DNA of 63,030 nt, the filler included, from Hyphochytrium catenoides (lineage: Eukaryota > Protista > Hyphochytriomycota): assembly GCA_900088475.1 (NCBI GenBank). It is 8 parts of 8 records of this genome, joined end to end, with 100 filler letters (N's around TTAATTAATTAA, not from the genome) between each part and the next. Parts side by side here need not be neighbours in the genome. Positions count along the whole stretch, not along the records: positions 13,526 to 30,494 come from FLMG01001817.1; positions 30,595 to 37,772 come from FLMG01003934.1; positions 37,873 to 45,911 come from FLMG01001625.1; 5 more parts are not named here. The stretch is one strand, 5' to 3'. Shown here one piece after another: positions 24,883-38,256 of this stretch; position 1 is the first letter of the stretch; every line of letters begins with the position of its first letter. Position numbers and translations under genes: made by a program. Under the pieces are notes generated by a model. That model had not been told where the DNA came from. It did not search any database and was given only the letters and a program-made list of their open reading frames with translations.

Positions 24883-26877
24883 GCTTGAAATGTGGCGGCG
24901 GTGGCTGTCTTTCCTCTTCTTCTTCTTCTCCTCAAACAATAGAGAGGAGAAAAATCGAGACCTAGACGATAGGAGGCAGGGATGGAGCATGCTCTAGGGG
25001 CGCGACAAGAATGGATGCCTCTTGCTCTCTCTCCAAATGTTGCCGAACTGACAGTGCTTCGCCGCTAGCTGACCAAGAGGAATTTCCAAAGAGTGAAAGC
25101 AGAAAGAGGTGATAGGAAGAGGAGGAGGATGGTCCAGAGAGATGGGCATAGGAGAAAGATGAGACGAGAGCCAAGGATCGGAGGAGGGATTGTGATGAAC
25201 TGAACAGATGAAGGAGAGATGAAGGGAACAGCAAGAGGGAAGTGGGTAGCTCTGGGGAGGCAGTACATGGACCATGGCTTGATATAAATGTACACCGAGA
25301 GAGACAGAGCGAGAGACACACATAGCGAACGACAGAGAAAGAGAGAGACAGAGGTTACGGTCAAAGCCATGATGACACAACGAGACGGCGCTGCCAACGA
25401 CGGTTGCTTCTTCGTGAGTCGAGTAAGGTCTTCAAGAACAGAGGAGGAGGAACAACCTTGCCAAGAGAGATGAAAAGCTGACTGCTGCAAGGCAGGACGA
25501 GGGGCCAGCAGCCTACGCGCACTAATCTTAAAATCTCTAGCTACGAGGGAGAGAGTAAGTTAGAGCATTGTAAGAGACAGCGCGCGACAGAGCATGGAGG
25601 AGAAAGAGGAGAAGACAAAGAGGGAGGCAGAAAGGTAAAGGCAGATAGATTGCTGCCACAGCAGGAAGGGAAGGGAAGGGCAGAGAAATGAAAGGGTGGC
25701 TGTCGCAGGGAAAGGGAGAGGAGAGAGAGAATAGACGACTGTCCAGGGAGGATAATGCTATTAGAGAGACCTGGCGCGGCTGTTAGAGGATGGAACTGAC
25801 CTCGCTCACTGTAGAGGAAACGGGCTCAATCATCAGCCTCAAGAGCCTCTGTTCCCGGCTAAGGTTTCAGGAGGAACCAGCAGCACCAGCAAAAGGAAGT
25901 GACCGCAAGAGTAATCTTCTACGGAAGAAGTTCCGAACAACAGTGATGAGCGGCACGTCCCGCGCAGCGCTTGCCCATATTAGTGCTCCGTAACACTAGG
26001 TTCTAGGTAGATTATAGGTGTCTAGTTAGGTAGTAGGAAGGTGGTGATAGGACTGCTAGTCGTCGAGAAACGAGGATGTAACAATCATTCACTAGCTTAG
26101 CTCGTCGTGGTGACTTTATTAGATAGTTAGGACACGGCTCTAATTCATCCGCCCGGGCCATGGGCCTCCTTCCTCCTTCTACCGCTTGATCCAGCGAGCA
26201 GGCTGCAAGAAAAGGAAGCTCCCAAGGCGGTATTGCCAAGCGACGCCAGTGTGAACACTAGCCCCAAGGTCATATTAACGCGTGGGCCTTCGTCAGTGGG
26301 AGATGCTGCGGATGAGCCGAACGAAGAAGAAAGTCAAACTGTGTGACAACAATCTCCTCTTTCGTCTTTCTGGCGACGTTAACTATCGAAGAATAAGAGG
26401 ACATCGAAGATCGACTCTTCTACTATCATTGTTCGGCGTCCCTGCTGTTTTGCTTTCTTGTCAATGTTCCTCCTGCTGGTGGTGGTGCCGACCTCCTCTG
26501 AACTCTGTAACACTTTCAACTTCTTGAGCCCTTCCAGTGATGAGGCAATAAGTGGAGAACCCCAGCATGGAAGATGAAGATTCCACCGATCGGCCCGCTC
26601 AACAACCCTGGCGGCGGCAAAGAGACTATGATCTCTGTGGTGCAAGTCACGGTGTTATATCTGAGATACTCCGTGTAATAGTACCATCATATACTCCTCT
26701 GAACTACAAGCTCTCGCTTTATCTCTTGGAGCTAGCGCTGGGGCCAGGAGGTGGATAGGAGAAGGCGCTGGCGGGAGAGGCGCGGCCTTTAGAGGAACTA
26801 GCCGACGAGGATGGTGGATAGTCCCAGTCTCCTGGGCCAATGGTTGTTGGCTATCAGCGTAGCGCTTTTTAACCCTC

Positions 26878-26916
<39 letters not shown>

Positions 26917-27333
26917 TCTATGTCTTACTCTCTCTTCCTTTCCCATAGTGGATTTCCTGTGCTCAAGCTACCCGCTCTGTACTTCTATAGAAGATACCCA
27001 GCAGCGGTCCGCATCTTGGCCGTTTCTCTCTTCTTCTTCTTCTCTATTTCTTGGTTTTCCTTCACTCTCTCTCTCCTCTGTCGGATTATCATCTCAAGCT
27101 ACCAGGGCTAATCGCTGGACACCTTCAACAGAAGTGTAAGAAGAGGCTGGAAGACAGAGAAACGGAGAAGAAGAAGAGACCAAGACTCACTCTGCATGCA
27201 AAAAGTATATGTAGACCTATAACCTCACTTCATCTCACCTTTGCTTCTGATACTTAGCTCTAATCGCCATGATGCAGCACGCTTATCTCTGTCAACAATG
27301 ACGCGATAGTAGCTTCATCTTCTGCCATCGTCA

Positions 27334-28212
27334 CTAAGAAGAGAAAAGATTGATGAAGAGAAGGGCCATTGGCACCACCGTCGACGCTAGTCTCCCAGCA
27401 TAAAGCATCGCACCTCCGGAGGAAGAAGAAGGCAAAGTTTCTGCAAGGACATAGGGAAGAACTTCCCAATTTCTGCCTTCAGCGTCGCTTCGATAGACAA
27501 GACTCTCTCCCGCTTTCAGTCCTTGCTCATAAAAGGTAGCGGGAGCTTCCCCAACCATTTCTTGACCAACCGTCCCATCATCCTTAACAGTTCGAAGGAC
27601 CTTCCAGACCGATCCTAGTGAAAAGGACGGGGTAGAAGAAGAAGTGTCTGGGAGGGTTTGCACTTCGATCAGTTGCGCTTTTGAAGAGCGGAACAACCTG
27701 ATTTCCATCTTTATGGTGCTGTCAGGCGTCTCTGCACTCTTTCCCACCGCTACCATCCTCGTCACCTGATAGCTTCCTCTTTGTTCCGCCTTGTCAGACA
27801 CGTGCAGAGATGTGGTCTGCTTTGCGGAGAGACCCAGCCCAATGCCACCAACGAACATCTGTAGGTCTTTCCTCTCGAACAGGAGATTCATACGGGGGTG
27901 CCAATATAAAATGCTCTCGTTTGCCGCCGCGGAACCAAAGTTAGAGCCGAAGAAATAGAACGAAGAAGGAAGCGGAACGGTGGCCGCAAACTCATCGTCC
28001 TCAATGGCAACAGACATCAATCCTTCAGTGCTAACATTGGCTTTTGAGGCAGCCTTCACAGCTTCCAAACCTCGTACACTTTGGTGCGCAGACTTCTTGA
28101 TGGTGAGAAGAGAGAGGGTAGTGCTCTGTGCCGACGTGGCGACTGGAACAGTGAGGAGCAGACAGGCACTGGCCAGGATAGCCCTGATGACACGACCGTC
28201 GGAGTTGACCAT
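27334..28212 (-). CDS. Intronless 292-aa hypothetical secreted, probably GPI-anchored surface protein
   Basis: N-terminal signal-like AILASACLLLTVPVATSA; C-terminal SSSSGG spacer plus hydrophobic tail VVPMALLFINLFSS*; paralog 3.3 kb away; DD..A.VPLPSSFYFFG motif reminiscent of NIDO-type extracellular domains. Confidence 0.75.
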   Translation of the reverse strand: MVNSDGRVIRAILASACLLLTVPVATSAQSTTLSLLTIKKSAHQSVRGLEAVKAASKANVSTEGLMSVAIEDDEFAATVPLPSSFYFFGSNFGSAAANESILYWHPRMNLLFERKDLQMFVGGIGLGLSAKQTTSLHVSDKAEQRGSYQVTRMVAVGKSAETPDSTIKMEIRLFRSSKAQLIEVQTLPDTSSSTPSFSLGSVWKVLRTVKDDGTVGQEMVGEAPATFYEQGLKAGESLVYRSDAEGRNWEVLPYVLAETLPSSSSGGAMLYAGRLASTVVPMALLFINLFSS

Positions 28213-29318
28213 GCTTGTAACCTGTCCGGATGGCTGTCTTTCTTCTTTGTCTTCTCCTCGAGGAATAGAGAGAAGGAACACGAGACCTAGACGATAGGAG
28301 GCAGGGATGAAGCAGGCTTGAAGGCAACAAGTGATGCCTCTTGCTCTCTGTCCAAATGTTGCTAAAATGATGACAGTGCTTCGATTGGTGACCACGAGGA
28401 AGCTTTAAGAGTGAAAGCAAAGGTGATAGGACGGCATCTTCTGGCAAGAACCGAGACTACTTCTCCTCGTTATCATCTCTATCTCACCGTTGGCCTGGGC
28501 CCTCCATAGTCCTATGGCCAAGCAGGAAGGAAGAGAGGGAGCTAAGAAGAGCCCGACGTAAACAGTGGATGAGTATATAGTATAGAGAAGAAAGAAGAAC
28601 CAGAGAGACAGGGAAAAGTATTGATGAAAACAGAAAGAACCGCCACGGAAGAGGAGGAAGATGGTCCAGAGAGCGAGATGGGCATAGGAGAAAGATGAGA
28701 CGAGAGCCAAGGATTGGAGGAGGGATTGTGATGAACTGAACAGATGAAGGAGAGATGAAGAGAGAGCAAGAGGGAAGTGGGTAGCTTTGGCGAGGCGCTT
28801 TGGGGAGAATGTAACCACCATGTCTCTCCTCCCTTTTCTCTTTCACTTACCACAACAGAAAACTACCGGCAATGCCTCTACGTCTTTCTTTTCTTCTCCT
28901 TGGTCATCTCATCATTGCACTTCTTGTTCTCTCTCTCTTCTCTCTTCTTCTCTCTCTTAGACAGACTGGAGACGGAGAGGATGAGGGACAGAAGAAGCGA
29001 GTGTGTAGATGGGAAAGGTGAGAGAGGGAGTGAGTGAGTATGAGTTTTGGAGAGCAGAGACAGAAAGAGTGAAGAAGAAAGAGTGAGAGAGAGAGAATGA
29101 GGAAGAGAGAGTGGAAGAGAGAGCGAGGAAGAGAGGGAGATAGACGGCAACTCTGGCTAGATGTTAGTCCAAGAGGAGAGAGTAAGAGAGAGAGAGAGAA
29201 AGAGAAAGAAAGAGAGAGAGAACAGAAATAAGAGAAATGGGGAGAGACAGAGAGAACGAGGAGAGAACAAAGAGAGAGGAGAGAGAAAAGAGAAGAGAGA
29301 GACAAAAAAAAGAGAGAG

Positions 29319-29351
<33 letters not shown>

Positions 29352-29395
29352 NNNNNNNNNNNNNNNNNNNNNNNNNNNNNNNNNNNNNNNNNNNN

Positions 29396-29428
<33 letters not shown>

Positions 29429-32400
29429 AAGAGAGAGAGAGAAGTCCGCCTTGATGTCAATGTCAAGTCTAGGATCTCTTGCAATTCTAGCACTGGTAGA
29501 AGACGGTGATAAAACTAAAAATAAACTCGATACCAAATACCGTTTCGTCCTATAATACTAATAAACTCGGTACCGTTACCTTATTTCCCAGTCCCGTACA
29601 TCTACAGTACAGTAGTATATACTGTGCCAGAACCAACACCAGAACCTCAAAAAATCTTGCGCTTGCCACGGGCAAGCCGGGGCCTACACCTACCTTGTAG
29701 TACTTTTATTTAGTTACTGGTTGGAGAAACTATAAGTAGTTCTAAGTACAGTACAGCTGCACGCTTTTTGACGTTACTACTGTCTCCGACTCGCTGCAAG
29801 TGGCTGCCAATTCATTGCTAGGGTATTTCGTAGAAGTGCCAATTCTTCGGAAAAGAAGGGGGAAAGAAAAAGGAAAGCACCGTAGTCCTGTGTTCAATAC
29901 AGGAACCACAGGAAATGATGCGAACTGCAAAACAAGCTGTTTTCCTTTAGCTTTCCTGTTGCCTACCACCAAAAAACGGTGTGCCAAGTCTTCGCCTCAA
30001 AGAGTTGCCAGGGCTTCCTAACAGTAAGTTTGCGCAACCGCTGAAAGATGTGAGCTGGGACCGCCAACCTCGACTTCTGGCGGATATTACGACAAAGTAC
30101 GAGTTGGCGGCTTTGGTAGGGAGAAAGGCCCCAGAGAAGAGCTGATTGCTCAAGGTTCCCTTCAGCCAATCACAGCTCAGAAAGCTAAATGTCGTACGTT
30201 AGCACCCCTAACTGTTGCACGTTAGCGACTCTTATCCCGGTTTCTATTGGCTGTTGGGATGTCAAGCGCTGTGATTGGTGGGATGATGGTTCCGCTGACC
30301 TTGGGGCCCAAAGTCACCAGCGTAGCCAGAGACTTCCCTTAGAATCTGCCCATGGGAACTTGCTGGCGAAAGGTCATGAGTGGTGTGTTCTGATGGGTGA
30401 TGATGAGCTCTTGAGCACGCAGTTCCTCCGTCCTTTATTCCTGTTGTCAGGCAATTCATTATCTGTAGTGTACCTGTAGGGAGGAGGACAGATGNNNNNN
30501 NNNNNNNNNNNNNNNNNNNNNNNNNNNNNNNNNNNNNNTTAATTAATTAANNNNNNNNNNNNNNNNNNNNNNNNNNNNNNNNNNNNNNNNNNNNAGAGAG
30601 AGAGAGAGAGAGAAGGCAGCGATGATGGCTCATGCCATTTTGCCGCCCGTCCTTTCTGTCCTGACTGACAGTCACAAACACAGACAGATTTCAAACCCAA
30701 ACCCTCTTGTTGTAAGGAATATCTAGGCATACTACGGTATTTGATCAAACTCCAAACGCAGTAAGGCTCAAACTCACACGTGCGGTAGGCGTCTGTACAC
30801 AGCAAGCAATGGGATTGAGAAACGACTGAACTGAAATCTAATCATGCTTTACTTGGTGGAAACCTTTGAGCCTTGATATTATCTATGTAGAGAGGTGAAG
30901 CTTTCCGACCAAAATCAATGATATCTTGCAGAATGGAGTGGGTTCTGATGATGAAAGGGAACTTCAAGCTCTTCTCTGTCGGCCTTGGGTGGGTGGGGAG
31001 CGAAGATCTTTCTTGTTTTTGAGTTGGACATCTGACAAAGAAAGGGAAAGGAGAAATAGACCCAGCAAGGCGACGAAATATCCCGAGACTTTCTAAAAGG
31101 GACTTCAGACCTTTTTGCTTCCTTTAGTATTATAGGGTAGCTTCTGTATTAGGGCTTGATAAATTTGCAGAGAAAGGCCTTGTTATGGGGTGGTCCTATT
31201 CATACTTGGATAATGCCTGTCTTTGTACGGTCTTTCTATCTGCTCAAGAAATAGAAGACAAATTCCCAGCCTAAATCTTAGTCTGTGCTTCCTGATTGGC
31301 CAAGACTAGGATGGGTGGGCCCCTTAGGCGTCTTTCAATCTTCAACTTCGCGAGCTTTCAAAAAGCCTCACAAGCATCAGCCTACATCAGCCAGATCCCT
31401 AATAACCATTCATTACTTGCCATTATCTGAGCGCTTAAAGGACAATAATCCGAAATGATGTTAGGGTCGGGGACGTGCCTGTACAATTGTTGAACGTTAC
31501 GGAGAGGTTGGAAAGGGCAGCCAGCAGGAAGGCGTGCCGTGCACAAGCACCAAAGCTGCCCAGGAATTGACAGACAGACCTCCATCTGAGGCTTTATGTA
31601 CAGTTCGTGGCTCAAAGGTCAGAAGCACTCAACCACGCCAACAATAGGTGGGCTGGGCTCTGTCATCAAATCTCCTCACCCTCAAGAAGGACGAGGAAAA
31701 ACCTTGAGGAAGATTTGAAAGGAAGGAACTGCTATCTGTCTTCCTGGGAGCATGCACTGTCACGTCGGGTCCAGTGCACATCGTCAATCATCATACATGA
31801 TGATGTGAGCCCCCGCAGCAGTTCTTAATATCTGGCTTGCTGCACATAGTCTACTCTCCTATACTGTACAGCTTGTGCAATGTACCTACCATCTTAAGAA
31901 GCACTTGAATGAAGTGAATGACCTCTGAAGTCGCGTCTCTTTAGAAGGAAGAAGCTGGAATGAATGATTGACGAGAGGTTTTCTGCATGGAAGCTTCATG
32001 CTCTTGCATTCAAACAGGGGTGGAACTCTCTGCTGGGCGGCTACAAGCTGTACGCTGGCCCTAATAATCCTCAGTGCCAAGTGCTCGCTGGTTCTGAACG
32101 AAGTAGGCCCATGTCCCTGCCCCTGCCCCAACCCTAGCATGTACTGAATGATAGTGGGTAAAACGCCCTTGAAGGAAGAAGGTACATTTCCTGGGGATCA
32201 GCAGCAATGGAGCTGATTGATACCTTCGCTTTTCTCTTACAGTACAAGAATAAAGATAGTTTATAACGCAACCCTGCCTTTGTCTTGCTGTTGGATGCAC
32301 CAGTGATGAGATAGAACTAGGATTACGAAATAAAGAACGCTATGTGCAACTGCAAGACGAGCCGCAGAAGAAGAAGGCGTCCAACCCACACCACCACGTG

Positions 32401-32751
32401 AAAAGGGATGTTGGATGAATAGAGGGGGAAAAGCCATGCGTCGTCTAAACTATATTGTTCTGCGGAGTTTCGAACACCTCTCTACTTGAACCTATAATTC
32501 TAATCACCGAGGCTCCCTGCACTCTGGGTCTCTCTAGCTAGTAGCACCCGTCATTCATAGGAATGATCATGTGATTAGCTACTAGAAAACGTGATGTCTT
32601 TCACGGAACAAAGGTAAAGAATAAAATGTGCGCCCCCAACCAAGCAGCCAGACAGCAGCAACCCAATATTCTCTCCTCCTCCTCCCCCAGCGCTAGTCCT
32701 CTGTTTCCTGCTCTGTTTCTCCGTGACTTCTAGAGAAGGACGTGGCTGGCA

Positions 32752-32792
32752 CGACTGTCTTCTTCCCTATCGACTGTCTTCTTCCCTATCGA
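32752..32792. repeat. 19-bp tandem duplication
   Basis: CGACTGTCTTCTTCCCTAT twice, followed by CGA. Confidence 0.85.
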
Positions 32793-33494
32793 TCGAAGCT
32801 GTTGCCATTTGTTCCTAGTTGACCAATGATACGACATTTGGTTTGGGGGAATGAAGGAGTAGGATCGGTAAGTACTTATGGGTAGACGCGACTTCCAACG
32901 AATGAAGGAACCACTTAGCTGTCAGTACACCAACAGTATCGGACTAACATTCATCCCTCTCTCTCCTTTCAAACCTTATCATTATGCCCTGTTCCTCATA
33001 CAATCTGCTGCTTCTTCGGCTTTCTGCGCTTCTGCCGTTGGCTGGGGGATTGCTGAACCACTGTAGGTAGTCAACGAGCAAGCAACCATCTTTAAACAAT
33101 CGAAGGAACCTCGACGCTATTATCCGTGCTCCACTACCGCAGTAGGGAAAGACTGTTTCTGATTGTTCCTACGGCTAGCACCAGCTAAGTGAGAAATATG
33201 CCTTACAGAGCAAACAGCCTTGACCAATTCTCTTGGTCCTTATAAGAGAACGTTAAAAGGCAACTCTCACCCAAGGAGAGAGCAGTGCCCCTTTGAAAGG
33301 CCGGAGAGGTATAGGTATTATCTACTTGAGTAGCATAACTTCAGACACCGCTGGCCATTTGTCAGAAATGTATTTTCCATAAGCTAATCTGATAAGAACA
33401 ATGGTGCACTTAGACCACTAATTGAGATATGTGCCTCCCGCACAAAAGTCTTCTCACAGGACACAAGATACTCGTATTCTTAGAGCTCATGGCA

Positions 33495-34179
33495 TCATTT
33501 CTGGGCAGCGCCTGGAATCCGAGGGCTCTCAAAGTCGACTATTCGGGTTTGTAAGAGGAAGCAGGCATACTAGTTACTCTCCTCGCAAACCTGTGCGCCA
33601 GCCAAGTAATATGAGATTGAGATAAGCACACACCTGCGAGGATCTTTTCAACGTTGGCCGTTAGGTATTTCTCTAAGAGTTTTACATGTGCAGGGTGGTG
33701 TCCTAGGGGTAAGGGAACGACCATGGTTGGCTTAGTCACCCGCAAAAGCTCGTGTAAGTAGCCATAGTACTCACTGTAGATGTCAAGTTTGTCCTTGGAA
33801 GGGAGACGCACAATGAGGCCATGGGTGAAACCCTGAGATCGCTCAGTGCTGAACGACTCTCCGTATGACAAAGACTCTATAACGTCGATGCTGCTGGTCA
33901 ACGCCCTTACTACATATAATATGGCCATGGAAGTCGACAATCATTAGCCCACGGCCAACCCACGATACATTGATGAGAAAAAGAAAGTTTACGTACCTTC
34001 TCTGTCAATGGCAGCGAGGGTATCCTCGGAAGTACCAGGTTTCCTATATCGTAAGAGAAACCTTAGACCGAGAGGATGGAACGTTCAAGGAAGCAAACAA
34101 CACGGAAGGCCAGAGAAGGGCAATTTGAGCTGGTCCATAAGGTTCTTACCCACCATTTGAAGAGAACGATGTGCTCCAT
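33495..34179 (-). CDS. Stress-responsive alpha/beta-barrel (Dabb) protein, about 106 aa, 5 exons
   Basis: Spliced MEHIVLFKW|KPGTSEDTLAAIDRE|VRALTSSIDVIESLSYGESFSTERSQGFTHGLIVRLPSKDKLDIY|RHHPAHVKLLEKYLTANVEKILA|VDFESPRIPGAAQK*. Hallmarks are HIVLFK, GFTHG, HPAH and VDF. Confidence 0.92.
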
Positions 34180-37100
34180 TGTGATGCTTCTCTTCTGAGG
34201 TGACTAGATTGGGACCTTATAATACTACCCAGACTAGGACACCTCAACCAAACAAGCAGGCCGCGAGCAAGTAGTCGTCGGACAGAATCCGACAGAAGCC
34301 CACCAGGAATCACCCCAAGACTATTATTACACGACAGTCAGCAGAAGCGTTTTTTATTCGGAGCCCTTCTCCTTGAGCCTCAAAGGTACAATGTTGCGGT
34401 TGATAGTATGGAAGGCAACTGAGTGACTGACAGATCTTGTTAAATCGGGCTTCCTAGCTCATGATGGGCGCTGCCAGGGTGGTGTCAGGAAGTACTCGGG
34501 AAGTCAGAAGAAGAGGAAGGATCACAAAGATCCACACGGAAGAGAAGAAACCTCTGGGAGAGGAGAATAGGAGACAAAGGGCAAGACCGAATCTGCCACT
34601 GTACGTCGTAGTCGTGCACTCTGTTTGTTCATACCACGAACGCATACTATTTTGTAGTTTAGAGTGCACGGATCGTACAACCTCCTATTCGTCCCCAACC
34701 TGTACAGGAAGAAACTACCACCCAAGATTAAGCCTATGTATTATAGCAGGAAGGCTGCTGAGTTAGGGTTGCCCCCATCTTCTCTTTATGGCGGGTACTC
34801 CCCTCCTTTCTTCTATACTCCGTATATTATTTGTACAATAAATCTGTGATGGATGTTTCTTTGATAACAACAAGGATTGTTGGATGCGTCGTCGTCTTGG
34901 TGTTGTCGATGACTGAGATCTGCTATTGAATATTTATCATGGCACATACCACCACCGAGGAATAATGAAGATCAAGAAGGAGCTCATCAACGCAAAGTTA
35001 AACCGCCTGATGATGACATAGAAGTAACAACGCCCAGAAGCTACTACGTACTATAATAGCCTTTTTGGGGCTCGGTGGTGGAATGGTGGTGGCAGTTTTA
35101 GTTGTTGTTGTTAATTAGTGCGGTTGTGGTGGTGGTGCAGTCATCGACGAGTCGTCCAACCATATTATGATGATTCATGGTGGGTGATCCCTACCAACGA
35201 CGAGTACCGAGAAATATGTTATAGACAATTTGGGTTTAGCCGTCGTATCTGTGCCTTTGGCTACGTACGATGTATACTCAAATATAAAATAACGAGGCAG
35301 TGGGTGCTGCCCTCCTCGAAGAAAAGTGAGAGCCAGAAAAACAATGAGGTGCAATTCAAACAGCAGGACGCAGGGGGAAGCAGGCGATGGGGTGATGAAA
35401 ATGATGAAGCAGCAGGCATTGTTGTCCGCAGGTGCAGACTATGAACTGCTTTTTTGTTTTAATAACCTCTCACGTTCAGGCAGTAGCAAACAGCGCCTTT
35501 TCCGTCGTACATATAAGGTTGCACGACTAGTAGATCGTGGAGGGTGGCAGCAGAGTAGGTAGACTCAATGCCATTTAAAGAAGTAGGCTCACTTGTAGGG
35601 GGCCCGTAATACTGTCCCTATTTATAGCATCCTCAATGCGACATCCTGGTGCCTCCCGGCTGGTGCTCACCCAGTTATTTCTGAAACAACAATAACAACT
35701 CTGATGAAAAGATTGACGGAGAGAGCAGACGCTATTATTTACCTATTATCTATAAGCATACTTATTAAAGAGCAGCGCGCGCTAGAGCTACTAGCCCAAC
35801 GCGTCCGTCTTTATGGCGTTGTTGTCAGACAAAGGACCAACTAACAGAACACATCGCCCTTGGCACATGGGCTAGTAATAATAACTGCCTCCGACTACTG
35901 CTCAACTGCTGCTCCGCAGCCCAGCAGCAGCACTACAAATCTTAATGAGAATATGCCTGGTGGCCACGATGGGGTGACTTTGTACTTGTGTCGGCATGAT
36001 GGAGGATGATAACAACAGAAGAAGGGTCAGCAGCAGCCTTTCGAAAACACTACTTCATCAAAAAAGTCCCGTCGTTGAGATCATCAATCATTGATGCTAC
36101 CTTTTTTAAGGACGGAGTGGTGCTGGTGGGTATATCGCAGGACTGACGATTTCTTTCTTGTCGTCACTTCTCACACAATCAAACTGAACCTTGTTATCTC
36201 ACTGCCTGCCGCCTCTACTACCTGTACCTTCTGCAGCCTTGTCTGCAGCAGTAAATTACAGAGTCTCTTCATCGGTTCTCCCCTTTCACTACTGATCTTG
36301 TATGTGCTGGTACAACAAACAAAAGGTAGTCAGAGTCTTCTATCCGTCACTCCTCACTAATTGCTTGATAATAGAAGGCTCTAATCCCTTTTATAAGTTT
36401 TTTTTATAACCAAACACATAATTTATTCGGTATCTTTTATCAAAACTGTCTTTACCTCTTTACAGTGTTTGACTCCTAGCACTCTTATTAGCAAAAAAGA
36501 ATCTAGGAGTTTACAGTGCTCACTACTTTTATTTCTCCTACTTTATTCTCAGCTCCATTTCTTAATTAAAAATGGTGACGTTTCTTTTTCCCCCCCTTTT
36601 TTTCCTCAGATGGTGGTGTTTGGCAAGAGGTACAAGGTAGGACGCACGCCTTGGATCCCTTTCTCGTTCTGATCCTCTAGGAAGGTCGGTCGGTTGTGCC
36701 TTCTCCACTCCTTCTGTAGCTAACTACTCCAATAAGAGGGTGGGTCGGTCGTCGGAGGTCTCTAGGAGGTCATCCATTCAGCCTCTCCATAATAAATGAT
36801 AGCGTTTGGATCTCTTCCAGAGCGGAGACAGGAGACAGGGGTCAGGTGAGTGATGTGAGAGGGGCGGAAAGAACATGATACGCCCTTTCTATCACCAGAT
36901 CCCCACACTGACCAGGGAGAAGGAGGAGGAGTGGCCTGGTGATGCCTGTCATCATCCCCGTCTCTGGGTGCAGCAGTCGCTGGCAGCCTAGATCTACATC
37001 ATTAGTTATGTGCACAGAGGCTGCCCTGGCGCACAATGTTTGATTGTGCTTCCGTTGTGATGGGGGATTCAGCGAAGATTCGATGATGGTAGTAGGACTG

Positions 37101-38217
37101 CTCTATGGGCGCTCTCCCTCGTCTAGCAACAGACAAGATGATCCAGCTAGGGCAGACAGCTGCTCTTTCCCACTGTGTCTTGGTCAAGATTGGGTTTAAA
37201 ATTCTAAGAAGGGGAGTTGAATCATCATTGATCTTTGGTTGTTTTTGCTGCCTTATATAGACTGATGTTGCCGGATGGCATCTGCGTACAGGCGGACGTC
37301 GTCTGTGAGCAAAGATTGAGCTCGTAGAGCCACGCAAAAGCTCTCTTTTTTACCATCATTCACTGATCTTTTAGCTAATCACCTACCAATCTTCTGCGAC
37401 GAAGAGGGCAGACAATTCTTCTCCTTCCTAATAAGCTGGGCTTCTCACTGCTAGTACTGCTTCCGTCCGTAGATGGTTTCGTGTCCGTAATAAGAAGAGC
37501 TTATATTGCTGCATTTCATGGTCCGATCAGTCCATCAGCAATATCCGCTTGGCAGACGAGCCTCTAGAGACTTGTCTAGTGAATGACATTTGAATGACCT
37601 ATCCGCCTTCAGCCTTTTTTCTTTTCTCAAAAGCACAGGATGAAAGTATCTAATTCACCTGCTATACTACGAAGGTCTACAAAACAAGATGGATGCCAGC
37701 ATGCTGGAAGAGATGGTCTCCATAGCCATGCAAGGCACCAAGATGAGGAAGGACTCCCACTATTGGTGCCTGNNNNNNNNNNNNNNNNNNNNNNNNNNNN
37801 NNNNNNNNNNNNNNNNTTAATTAATTAANNNNNNNNNNNNNNNNNNNNNNNNNNNNNNNNNNNNNNNNNNNNGAAGTATCAGAAGCCACATCAGACCATC
37901 AGGCTCCCTTGTACCTTTATTTGTAATCATCATCGTATCACAGAGCATTAACTGCAAGGCGGCGAATGTAGAGGGTATTGCATCACGAAGTGACTTCATT
38001 TTTCGGCAAAAGGCTCAGGCTCCGGCGTAGGCATAGGAACAAAAGCAAAGACCCAAACCATCGAACTGAAGAGAAGCTGTGGGAAAGCACTCGAGAAGGC
38101 CAACGGATCAGACAGAGTTTCAACATAATGAGAGAGTGTAAGCTTTTCCTTATAGAGTGATAAGGCGACAGGCTTCTATTGGAGAGAGAGAGAGAGAGAG
38201 AGACAGAGAGACAGAGG

Positions 38218-38256
<39 letters not shown>

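Noticed and set aside
25990-26265. AACACTAG direct repeat as a possible 8-bp TSD
   Set aside because: No terminal inverted repeats or other element hallmarks lie between the copies.
26379-26840. Two same-frame ORFs separated by one TAA
   Set aside because: The joined peptide has no recognisable motif; compatible with chance.
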